Assembly: GCA_023247215.1 (NCBI GenBank)
Contig: JAHFGX010000001.1
Coordinates: 36,880-100,879 of the forward strand
From: Candidatus Omnitrophota bacterium
Lineage (GTDB): Bacteria; Omnitrophota; Gorgyraeia; Aquiviventales; Aquiviventaceae
DNA length: 64,000 nt
Direction of reading: 5' to 3'
Shown: positions 18,279 to 26,756 of the stretch, in pieces
Numbering within the stretch: the stretch's first letter is position 1
How the letters are laid out: every line of letters begins with the position of its first letter
The notes under the pieces: model-generated
Database searches by the model: none
Seen by the model: only the letters and a program-made list of their open reading frames with translations
What the model was told of the DNA's origin: nothing
Program-made: the position numbers and the translations under genes

Positions 18279-19076
18279 ATGGAACGCTTGTTCTTCCAAC
18301 GCGAATGGCAGCGCATTTCGCTGAAACCGCTAGCTTCGGCCTCTGCCGCGCCGGTGGCGGACCGCGGCGTCTATGCCACCTTCTATCGGCAATGGACAGC
18401 GGACGGCCAGGCGCTGGCTCCGGAATGGGTGGCGGTCAAGCGCCGCATCGGGGAGTGGATTGCCGACGCGTGCGTGGCGCCTCGCGGCGCGAACGGTTCC
18501 ACATGGGTCTTATCCGTGGGGGCCGGGCTGGGATTCGTCGAGCGCGTGCTGGTGGAGCGCGGCTATCAGGTGGATGCCCTGGAGTGCGAAGCGGAATCCC
18601 TCAAGTATCTTGCCACCCATGTGGCGGGGGTGCGGGGCATGATCGGGGATGCGAGGCAGATTCCATGCCGCGACGGGTTGTATGACGTGGCGTATCTCTC
18701 AACGGTGGATTACTGTTTCGATCGGTTGGAGTACGTGCAGGTGCTGCGCGAGTTGCGCCGGGTGATGCGGCCTGAAGGCCGGGTCGTGGTCATCTGCGCT
18801 TCCAATCTATGCCTTCAAGAGATCGCGCGGCTGGCTGCCCGGCGCGTGCTGGCTCGCCGATTGGCGCGGGACCGGGAGCAGGTGCCGTGGGGGTATATGC
18901 GAACCATTGGCGCTCATCTGCGCGCAGGGCGCACCGCCGGATTGGCGTGCGAGGAGGTATCGCTGTTCGATCAGGCGTTCCGGCTGCTCGGCACCCGCCC
19001 AGGCGCGTCCTGGCGGGCCGGATGGCCGACGTTCAATGACGCTGTGGTGGCAGTGATCTTCAGGCGCGCCGCATGA
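18279..19076 (+). CDS. Class I SAM-dependent methyltransferase
   Basis: VLSVGAGLG, VDALE, GDARQIP, RRVMRPEG; start inferred at ATG 18279. Confidence 0.8.
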   Translation: MERLFFQREWQRISLKPLASASAAPVADRGVYATFYRQWTADGQALAPEWVAVKRRIGEWIADACVAPRGANGSTWVLSVGAGLGFVERVLVERGYQVDALECEAESLKYLATHVAGVRGMIGDARQIPCRDGLYDVAYLSTVDYCFDRLEYVQVLRELRRVMRPEGRVVVICASNLCLQEIARLAARRVLARRLARDREQVPWGYMRTIGAHLRAGRTAGLACEEVSLFDQAFRLLGTRPGASWRAGWPTFNDAVVAVIFRRAA

Positions 19077-20227
19077 TACCAACCGCTCGACCGTCGCTCG
19101 GGCAGGAGGAGCTCAACGCCGTTGGGGAGGTTTTCAGCAGCGGCTGGCTGGGATTGGGCTCGACCACCTATGAATTCGAGGAGGCCATCAAGCGGCGGCT
19201 TGGCGCGGCATATGTGGTGGCGGTGAATACCGGGTCCTCCGCGCTCCATCTGGCCATCGAGGCGTTTGGGATCGGGGCCGGGGATGAGGTGATCGTTCCC
19301 TCCTTGACCTTCGCCGCCTCGGTGCAGGCGATCATTGCCGCCGGCGCGCGGCCGGTCTTCTGCGACGTGGACGAAGATACCTTGCTGATGGATGCGGCGG
19401 ATGTGGAGCGGCGCGTGACACCCCGCACCCGCGGGGTGATGCCGGTGCACTACTGCGGGCAGCCGTGCGACATGGACCGGCTGCTCGTGCTGGCCGAGCG
19501 CCAGGGGTTCGCGGTCATCGAGGACGCCGCCCACGCGTTCGGCTCCACGTCGCGCGGCCGGATCATCGGCAGCTTCGGCCATGCGACCTGCTTCAGCTTC
19601 GATCCGATCAAGACCATCACCTGTGGCGAGGGGGGCGCGGTGGCGCTGGCCGACGGCGAGGCGGCCGAGCGGCTGCGCCGGATGCGGCTGTTGGGCATTG
19701 ACAAGGATGCCTGGCGGCGCCAGGGGCAGGCGAAGAGCTGGTGGTACGAGGTAACCGCGCCGGGCTGGCGCTACCACCTGCCGAATTTCTGCGCGGCGAT
19801 CGGGCTGGCGCAGCTGCGCCGGCTCGACGAGATCATCGCTCGGAGGCGGGCGGTGTGCCTGGCGTACGACGCGGCGTTCGGCGAGCTGGCGTCCGTCCGC
19901 CCGCTCCGCGTGAATTATGAGGAGACCGCCCCGCAGCTCTACATCGTCAAGGTGCCGGCGGACGCCCGGGGCCGATTCATGGAGTTCCTGGCGGCGCGCG
20001 GCGTCGGCACCGGCGTCCATTATCTGCCGAACCACCGCCAGCCGTTCTTTGCGCCCTATGCCGCCGGGGCGTTGCCGCGCACCGACCGCGTGGCGGGAGA
20101 GATCGTGACGCTGCCGCTGTATACCGACCTGACCGATGCGGAGGTGGGGACGGTGGTCGAGACGGTGAGGGCGTTCGACCGGATGGTGGCGAGGGCGGTC
20201 TGTGCAACGCCGACGAGGGCGTCCTAA
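19073..20227 (+). CDS. DegT/DnrJ/EryC1/StrS NDP-sugar aminotransferase
   Basis: NTGSSALHLA, IEDAAHAFG, FSFDPIKTITCGEGG, LPLY. Confidence 0.95.
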   Translation: MIPTARPSLGQEELNAVGEVFSSGWLGLGSTTYEFEEAIKRRLGAAYVVAVNTGSSALHLAIEAFGIGAGDEVIVPSLTFAASVQAIIAAGARPVFCDVDEDTLLMDAADVERRVTPRTRGVMPVHYCGQPCDMDRLLVLAERQGFAVIEDAAHAFGSTSRGRIIGSFGHATCFSFDPIKTITCGEGGAVALADGEAAERLRRMRLLGIDKDAWRRQGQAKSWWYEVTAPGWRYHLPNFCAAIGLAQLRRLDEIIARRRAVCLAYDAAFGELASVRPLRVNYEETAPQLYIVKVPADARGRFMEFLAARGVGTGVHYLPNHRQPFFAPYAAGALPRTDRVAGEIVTLPLYTDLTDAEVGTVVETVRAFDRMVARAVCATPTRAS

Positions 20228-21855
20228 TGACGACCGACCTGCGCGTGCTCGACTGCACCCTCCGCGACGGCGGGTACTACAACGAGTGGAACTTTCCCCG
20301 CCCGGTGGTGGACCGCTATCTCCAGGCGCTGCAGTCGGCCCGGGTGGACGCCATTGAAATCGGGTTCCGATTGCTCCCAGAGGACCGCTTCTTGGGCCCC
20401 TATGCCTACTCCACCGACGCGTTCCTCAAGACGCTGCCCCTTCCTAAGGAGGCGCTCCTGGGGGTGATGGTGAATGCGAAATCCCTCCTCGCCTCTGCGG
20501 ACGGTCCGGAGGCGGCGCTCGCGTCGCTGTTTCAGAAGGCGGATCGCTCCCCGGTCCGGCTGGTTCGCATTGCCGCGCACTTCGATGACGTGGCGCGCAG
20601 CGAGGCGATCGCCTGCTGGTTGAAGGCCCAGGGGTACCTGGTGGGGATCAACCTCATGCAGGCCGCCGGCAAATCGGACGAGGAGTTGCAGCACGCCGGG
20701 GCCGCCATCCAGCGGTGGGGGGCCGTGCACGTGCTCTATTTCGCGGATTCGCTGGGCAACATGACGCCCCCGCGCGTGGCCGCGACGATCCGCGGACTGC
20801 GGCACGGCTGGCAGGGACCGCTGGGCATCCACGCCCATGACAATATGGGGCAGGCCGCGGCCAATTGCCTCGCGGCCACTGACGGCGGAGTCGCCTGGGT
20901 GGACGGAACGATCCTGGGCATGGGGCGGGGAGCCGGCAACGCGCGCACGGAGCATCTGCTCTTGGCCCTGAACGACCGAACGCCGAATCGCTACGCTCCG
21001 GAAGCGCTCTTTCCTATCGTCATGGAAGAGTTCGAGCAATTGCGGCGGCGGTATGGATGGGGCCCCAACCTCCTCTATTACTTGTCCGCCGCGTATTCGA
21101 TCCATCCGACGTTCGTCCAGGAGCTGATGGGCCGGGGGCATGACACGCACCACATGCTCGAGGCGCTGGAGTTTCTCCGGCGGTCAGGCGCGGCGATGTA
21201 CACGGATGAGATTCTGCATCAGGCGCTGTCCGGGAATGGGGGCGCCGGCGAGGGCGGGTGGTCCGCGCAGGGCTGGGCGCAGGGCAAAACCGTCATGATC
21301 GTCGCCCGCGGGCCGGGGATGCATCAGCACCTCGACGCGCTCTGCCGCTTCGTGGACGAGACGTCTCCGGTGGTGATCGCGCTGAACACGAACCCCGACT
21401 TTCCCAGGGAGAAGGTGACGGTGTTTGCCGCGTGCCACCGGATGCGGCTGCTGATGGATTTCAAGGACTACCAGCAGGGGGATCGGCCGCTGATCGCCCC
21501 GATTAGCATGATCCCCGACGAGGTGCGGGCCACACTGGTCCAGTCCCCATCGCTTCAGATTTTGGATTACGGGCTACGCGTCCAGCCGCGGACGTTCGAG
21601 GTGGGGCCCACCGGCTGCGTCATTCCGGGCTACGCGGTGGCCGCATATGCGATGGCGGTCGCCGAAGCCGCGGGGGCGGCGCGCATCCTGCTGGTGGGCT
21701 TCGACGGCTATGGGCCGGCCGATTCCCGGAGCCTGGAGATGTCGAATATCTTCCGGCTCTACCAGGCGCGGCCGACGACGGTGCCGCTGCTCGCGGTCAC
21801 CCCGACGACCTATGACATCCCGAAAAGCTCCGTCTACTCGCCGGGGCTGCGATGA
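20227..21855 (+). CDS. DRE-TIM (HMGL/4-hydroxy-2-oxovalerate aldolase-like) aldolase fused to a Maf/DUF115-like domain
   Basis: LDCTLRDGGY, YFADSLG, GIHAHDNMG, GMGRGAGN; C-terminal GKTVMIVARGPG...VIALN...ILLVGFDG. Confidence 0.85.
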   Translation: MTTDLRVLDCTLRDGGYYNEWNFPRPVVDRYLQALQSARVDAIEIGFRLLPEDRFLGPYAYSTDAFLKTLPLPKEALLGVMVNAKSLLASADGPEAALASLFQKADRSPVRLVRIAAHFDDVARSEAIACWLKAQGYLVGINLMQAAGKSDEELQHAGAAIQRWGAVHVLYFADSLGNMTPPRVAATIRGLRHGWQGPLGIHAHDNMGQAAANCLAATDGGVAWVDGTILGMGRGAGNARTEHLLLALNDRTPNRYAPEALFPIVMEEFEQLRRRYGWGPNLLYYLSAAYSIHPTFVQELMGRGHDTHHMLEALEFLRRSGAAMYTDEILHQALSGNGGAGEGGWSAQGWAQGKTVMIVARGPGMHQHLDALCRFVDETSPVVIALNTNPDFPREKVTVFAACHRMRLLMDFKDYQQGDRPLIAPISMIPDEVRATLVQSPSLQILDYGLRVQPRTFEVGPTGCVIPGYAVAAYAMAVAEAAGAARILLVGFDGYGPADSRSLEMSNIFRLYQARPTTVPLLAVTPTTYDIPKSSVYSPGLR

Positions 21856-22610
21856 CGGCGCGCCTCGCCGTGCCGACGGTGCCGGCCGCATGGCTGGACG
21901 GGGCGCGGCACGTCTGTTGCGATAAAGACGGCGTCCTCGTGGACGTCCACCGGTACTGGACGCACACCTCGCGGCTGCGCGCGCAGCGCCTCGTGGAGCG
22001 GTTTCAGCTTCCGGCGGCCAGCGCGGACGGCCTGCTGCAGGCGATGGGCATTGACGCGGGCGCGGGGCGGATCCGGGCGCCGGGACCGGTGGGCTACGCG
22101 CCCCGGGCGGTCGTGATCGAGCATACCGCGCGCTACCTCGCGTCCCGGTCCGTGGCGGCCAGCGCGGAAGAGCTCCAAGACCTCTTCCGCGACGTGGACC
22201 AGCGGCAGCAGGCCGGGGAAGATTACGATGTGGCGATGCTGCCGGGAGTGCAGGAGTTTCTAGCCGGCGTGAAGCGGCGCGGGTGCCGGCTCTCGATCTA
22301 TACCTCGGACCGGCGGGATCATGCCCTGCGGATCCTGCATCGCCTGTCGCTCGATGCGTACGTGGACGAGGTGGTGGGGGGCGGGTGCGTGAGCCGGCCG
22401 AAGCCGGATCCGGAAGGGTTCCTCCTGGCGTGCGCGCGCGTCGGGGTGTTGCCTGAGGCGTCGGTGTATATCGGCGATACGGTCGAGGATCTCCAGATGG
22501 GTCGTGCCGGCGGCGCGAGCAAAGTGATCGGGGTGGCCAGCGGGTTGGGCAGCGCGCCGGAGCTGCTGGTCCAGACCCCCTATGTGTGCGAGCGGCTGGC
22601 CGATGGCTGA
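21852..22610 (+). CDS. HAD family hydrolase (phosphatase)
   Basis: DKDGVL motif I, IYTS motif II, KPDP, YIGDTVED. Confidence 0.85.
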   Translation: MTARLAVPTVPAAWLDGARHVCCDKDGVLVDVHRYWTHTSRLRAQRLVERFQLPAASADGLLQAMGIDAGAGRIRAPGPVGYAPRAVVIEHTARYLASRSVAASAEELQDLFRDVDQRQQAGEDYDVAMLPGVQEFLAGVKRRGCRLSIYTSDRRDHALRILHRLSLDAYVDEVVGGGCVSRPKPDPEGFLLACARVGVLPEASVYIGDTVEDLQMGRAGGASKVIGVASGLGSAPELLVQTPYVCERLADG

Positions 22611-23451
22611 GACGCTCTACAACGCGACGGCCGAGCTCGTGAAGGACGGCGGCGACGCCCGGGTGATCCGCGTGCTTCCGGATCAGCCGAAGGGCCGCCA
22701 CCTCGCCGGCCAGTACGGGAGCCTCGGCATGCCGTCGGAGGTTCATCCAGGTCGGTTGATCAAGCGGCCGTATTCGCTCTCGTGCTCCATGATCAATCTG
22801 GAGACGCGGCAGCTCATTGACGCCCAGGAGACCCCGTACTACGAGTTCTACTTTAACCGCGTGACGCCGAGGCCGGCCGGGCCGGAATCGCTGACCCCGA
22901 AGCTGTTCCGCCTGCGCAGCGGCGACCGGATCTTTTGCGGCCGGAAGATCACCGGGTACTACACGCTGCAGGACGTGCCGGCTGGACGCCACCTGCTGTT
23001 CATCAGCACGCTGACGGGGGAGTCAGCGAACAATGCGCTGATTGCGCAGGCCCTGCGGGAGGGCCGCTGGGGGCGGATCAGCCATCTGCTCGTCGGGACG
23101 AACGGCTGGCGCTCGCTCTACGAGGCGGAGCACGACGCCCTCATGCGCGCGATGCCGACGTACCGCTGCCGGACGCTCCGCGTGGAGACGTACGCGGCGG
23201 TGGAGGCGCGCTTGGCGGAGGGCCTTCGGGATGCGGCGCGGGCGGAGGACGAGCTGGGCTTCGCGTTGGATCCCGCGCGCAGCCACGTGTTCCTCTGCGG
23301 GGACCCGGCGCTGATCGGCGCGCCGGCCAAGCAGGGGGCCTGGCGCTATGTGACGCCGACGCATGGGGCGATCCCCATCCTGACGGCCGGCGGGTTCTCG
23401 CTTCGCACGCGGTTCAAGTTAGGGACGATCGAGTATGAAACCTATTGGTGA
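22603..23451 (+). CDS. Ferredoxin/flavodoxin-NADP(+) reductase-like flavoprotein
   Basis: AGQYGSLG, KRPYS FAD motif, LTPKLFRL, FLCGDP, C-terminal ETYW. Confidence 0.75.
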   Translation: MAETLYNATAELVKDGGDARVIRVLPDQPKGRHLAGQYGSLGMPSEVHPGRLIKRPYSLSCSMINLETRQLIDAQETPYYEFYFNRVTPRPAGPESLTPKLFRLRSGDRIFCGRKITGYYTLQDVPAGRHLLFISTLTGESANNALIAQALREGRWGRISHLLVGTNGWRSLYEAEHDALMRAMPTYRCRTLRVETYAAVEARLAEGLRDAARAEDELGFALDPARSHVFLCGDPALIGAPAKQGAWRYVTPTHGAIPILTAGGFSLRTRFKLGTIEYETYW

Positions 23452-24463
23452 ATCCATCGCGTGTGACCGCGTGGCGCTGCAGCGCCAGCTCCTCGCCTCC
23501 GGCCGGTTCTTCAAGCTGATCTGCGGCGCCGGCAACGAGGATGCGGAGGAGGTCTACAAGCTCTCGCTCGTCTACACGCTCGCGGGCGCGGCCGGCATCG
23601 ATCTGTCGGCCCGGCCGGACGTGGTGCGGGCCGCCCGCCGGGCGGTGGAGGACGCGCAGGCGCGGGTCAGGGCGGCCGGGCGGCCGGAGCCCCCATCTCC
23701 CTATCTGACGGTTTCGGTGGGCATGCCGGGCGATCCGCATGTGCGCAAGGCCCGCATTATCCAGGACGCCTGCACCCAGTGCAACGCCTGCATCCCGGTC
23801 TGTCCCACCGAGGCGATCCCGTCCTCCTTGGTCATCATCGAGAGCCGGTGCATCGGATGCGGGGCCTGCTCCGTGGCCTGCCAGGACGACGCGGTGTCGT
23901 ACACTCATAAGACGATCGAAATGGAAGCGGTGCTGCGCGATTGCCTGGCGGCCGGGGCGGAGAATATCGAGCTCCACGCCGCCGTCCGCGACCATGAGCC
24001 CGTCCTCAAGGAATGGGAGCTTGTCACCCGCCTCCTGCCCGGGCAGTTCGTGAGCGTCTGCCTGGACCGCGGGTACCTCTCGAACCGCGAGCTGCAGGTC
24101 CGGATCGAGCGGATGCTCGAGCTGGCGCACGGGCGGATGATCGTCCAGGCCGACGGGATTCCGATGAGCGGGGGTCGGGACGACTACAACACAACGCTGC
24201 AGGCGGTGGCGACGGCGGATGTCGTCGCCAAGACCAAGCTGCCGGTGCACCTGCTGCTGTCCGGCGGCACCAACGCCAAGACCGCCCAGCTCGCCCGCCT
24301 GTGCGGGGTGCCGTTTGCCGGCGTGTCGGTCGGGACGTTTGCCCGGCATCTGGTGTACGAGGAGATCAATGCCCCGGCGTTTCCGGGCGGCGGGACGCTG
24401 GAATCCGCCGTGGAGAAGGCAGACGCGTTGGTGCAGGCCTGCCTGCAAGACGGCTCGCCATGA
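23435..24463 (+). CDS. ldpA: LdpA-family iron-sulfur protein (two 4Fe-4S ferredoxin motifs plus LdpA C-terminal domain)
   Basis: FKLICGAG...YTLAGAAGID, DPHVRKA, CTQCNACIPVCP, CIGCGACSVAC, IELH, QADGIPMSG, LSGGTN match the LdpA pattern. Confidence 0.8.
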   Translation: MKPIGESIACDRVALQRQLLASGRFFKLICGAGNEDAEEVYKLSLVYTLAGAAGIDLSARPDVVRAARRAVEDAQARVRAAGRPEPPSPYLTVSVGMPGDPHVRKARIIQDACTQCNACIPVCPTEAIPSSLVIIESRCIGCGACSVACQDDAVSYTHKTIEMEAVLRDCLAAGAENIELHAAVRDHEPVLKEWELVTRLLPGQFVSVCLDRGYLSNRELQVRIERMLELAHGRMIVQADGIPMSGGRDDYNTTLQAVATADVVAKTKLPVHLLLSGGTNAKTAQLARLCGVPFAGVSVGTFARHLVYEEINAPAFPGGGTLESAVEKADALVQACLQDGSP

Positions 24464-25227
24464 GCCATGCGGGCCTGCGCGCAATCGGCATCATCCCGGC
24501 GCGGCTGCAGTCGTCCAGGCTGCCGGAGAAGGCGCTGGCCGACATCTGCGGCCTGCCCATGATCGTCCACGTGTATCAGCGCTGTGCGATGAGCCGCAGC
24601 CTGGACGCGGTCTATGTCGCGACCGATCACGAACGGATCCGGGAGGTTGTCACCGCCGCCGGGGGACAGGTGCTGATGACCGGCGCGCACCATCGGACGG
24701 GGACCGACCGCCTGGCCGAGGCGGCGGCGGCCCTGGAGTGCGACATCGTAGTCAACATCCAGGGGGATGAAGCGCTGGTGCGGCCGGAGCACATTGACGC
24801 GGGGGTGGCGGCCCTCCGCGAGGATCCCACGCTGAACGTCTCCATGTTGGTGAACCCGTTTCGGACGTACCAGTCGCCGTCGGACATCAAGGCGGTCCTG
24901 AACGAGCAGGGGGACGTCCTCTACTTCTCCAGGGCGGACATCCCGTCAGGGGCTCGGACGCCGGATCCTGAAATGCTGAAGGCGTATCACGTCGTGTCGT
25001 TCCGGAAGCCGTTGTTGCTGGCGTACGCGCAGTGGCCGCAGGGCCGCTTGGAGCGGATCGAGTACAACGAGTACCTGCGGATTCTGGAGCGGGGGCACCG
25101 CATCCGGGCGGTGCAGGTGGAGAGTGCGGCCGTCAGCGTGGATACGCCGGAGGATCTCGCCGTGGTCAGGCGCCTGATGGAGGCGGATACGCTCCGTCGG
25201 CGCTACCAGGAACAGGAGGTGCGATGA
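24460..25227 (+). CDS. kdsB: 3-deoxy-manno-octulosonate cytidylyltransferase (CMP-Kdo synthetase family)
   Basis: IIPARLQSSRLPEKAL, ATD, GTDR, VNIQGDE, LYFSR, SVDTPEDL. Confidence 0.9.
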   Translation: MSHAGLRAIGIIPARLQSSRLPEKALADICGLPMIVHVYQRCAMSRSLDAVYVATDHERIREVVTAAGGQVLMTGAHHRTGTDRLAEAAAALECDIVVNIQGDEALVRPEHIDAGVAALREDPTLNVSMLVNPFRTYQSPSDIKAVLNEQGDVLYFSRADIPSGARTPDPEMLKAYHVVSFRKPLLLAYAQWPQGRLERIEYNEYLRILERGHRIRAVQVESAAVSVDTPEDLAVVRRLMEADTLRRRYQEQEVR

Positions 25228-26756
25228 AGGTGTTGTTTCTCTATCCGAATCTCCGAGGCATGAACATGCTGCCGCCGGCGATTGCCATTCTCTCCGCGCT
25301 GCTGAAGCGGCACGGGGTGGAGTCCGAGCTCTTTGACACGACCTATTGGCGCATCCCGGGCGAGGACAACTTCGACAGCGACAAGGCCAAGGAAAAGAAC
25401 CTGAACGTGCGGCCGTTTGACTTCGCGGAGAAGGTGACCCTGCACGAGACGGACGTCTTCGAGGACTTCGAGAAGAAGGTCCAGTCATTCTCCCCCGACC
25501 TCATTGCGGTCTCGGCGACCGAAGATATGTTCCTGCTCGCCATCCGGCTGCTCGAGCGCGTCCGCTCGCGGGGGATCCCGACCCTCCTCGGAGGCGTGTT
25601 CGCCACCTTTGCGCCGGAGCTGGCCCTCAGCTATCCCCACATTGACATGGTGTGCGTGGGGGAAGGGGAGAAGTGCCTCGTGGAGCTGTGCGATCGGATG
25701 GGCCGCGGCCGCAGCTACGATGACGTGACGAACCTGTGGGTCAAGAAGCCGGACGGGTCGATCGTGAAAAATCTCATCACGGACCCGGTGGATTTGTCCG
25801 AGACCATGATCCCAGACATCGGCATCTTCGAGGAATCGCGCCTGTATCGTCCCATGGCCGGCCAGGTCTACCGGATGCTGCCCGTCGAGACGCACCGTGG
25901 CTGCCCGTTCACCTGCGCGTTCTGCAACTCCCCGTCCCAGGAGCGTTTCTACGAGCAGGAGACCGGCAAAAAGTTCCTTCGCGTCAAGCCGATGCCCAAA
26001 GTCCGCGAGGAGCTCCTCTATTACCGGGACGTCATCAAGGCCGAGTATTTCTACTTCTGGGCCGATACCTTCCTGGCATGGTCCCAGAAGCAGTTCGACG
26101 AGTTCTGCGAGATGTATGCCGACATCCGGATGCCCTTCTGGATTCAGACGCGCCCGGAGACGCTGACCGAGTATCGGGTCCGCCGGTTGAAGGCGGTGGG
26201 GCTGCACCGGGTGGCGTGCGGGATCGAGCATGGCAACGAGAAGTTCCGGCGCGAGCGGGTGGACCGGCGCATGAAGAACGACGACTTGGTCAAGTGGCTG
26301 CGGATTCTCAACGACGTCGGCGTGCCCTACAGCGTCAACAACATCGTCGGGTTCCCGACGGAGACGTATGAGCTGGCCTGGGATACGATCCGGCTCAACC
26401 GGCAGGTCAACGCGGACAACCATAACTGCTACTCCTTCTCGCCCTTCCACGGGACGCCGCTGCGCACGCTGGCGGAGCAGATGGGCTACATCACGCCGGA
26501 GGTCATCACCCGGTCGCTCACGCGGGACTCGATCTTGGACATGCCCCAGTTCCCTCGGACGCAGGTGGAAGGGTTCCGGCGGTGCTTCGTGATGTACGTG
26601 AAGTTCCCGGAGGAGCGGTGGCCGGAGATCAAGCAGGCGGAGGCCTTCACGCCGGAGGGGGATGCGATTTGGGAACGGTTGCGCGATGAGTTCGCCGCGA
26701 CCTTCTTTGCGTCGAAGCCAGAGGAGGAGTCCGGTGCCAACGCCATTCGCGCATAA
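25224..26756 (+). CDS. Cobalamin-binding radical SAM protein
   Basis: N-terminal B12-binding domain (PPAIAILSALLK...GGVFATF...GEGE); RGCPFTCAFC CxxxCxxC; GIEHGNE; IVGFPTET. Confidence 0.9.
   Translation: MKVLFLYPNLRGMNMLPPAIAILSALLKRHGVESELFDTTYWRIPGEDNFDSDKAKEKNLNVRPFDFAEKVTLHETDVFEDFEKKVQSFSPDLIAVSATEDMFLLAIRLLERVRSRGIPTLLGGVFATFAPELALSYPHIDMVCVGEGEKCLVELCDRMGRGRSYDDVTNLWVKKPDGSIVKNLITDPVDLSETMIPDIGIFEESRLYRPMAGQVYRMLPVETHRGCPFTCAFCNSPSQERFYEQETGKKFLRVKPMPKVREELLYYRDVIKAEYFYFWADTFLAWSQKQFDEFCEMYADIRMPFWIQTRPETLTEYRVRRLKAVGLHRVACGIEHGNEKFRRERVDRRMKNDDLVKWLRILNDVGVPYSVNNIVGFPTETYELAWDTIRLNRQVNADNHNCYSFSPFHGTPLRTLAEQMGYITPEVITRSLTRDSILDMPQFPRTQVEGFRRCFVMYVKFPEERWPEIKQAEAFTPEGDAIWERLRDEFAATFFASKPEEESGANAIRA

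Noticed and set aside
20227-21855. Aromatic meta-cleavage aldolase (DmpG/MhpE)
   Set aside because: No acylating aldehyde dehydrogenase or ring-cleavage genes; different C-terminal domain; glycan context
23435-24463. Circadian clock locus
   Set aside because: No kaiABC, cikA or sasA in the window; the gene is embedded among sugar enzymes
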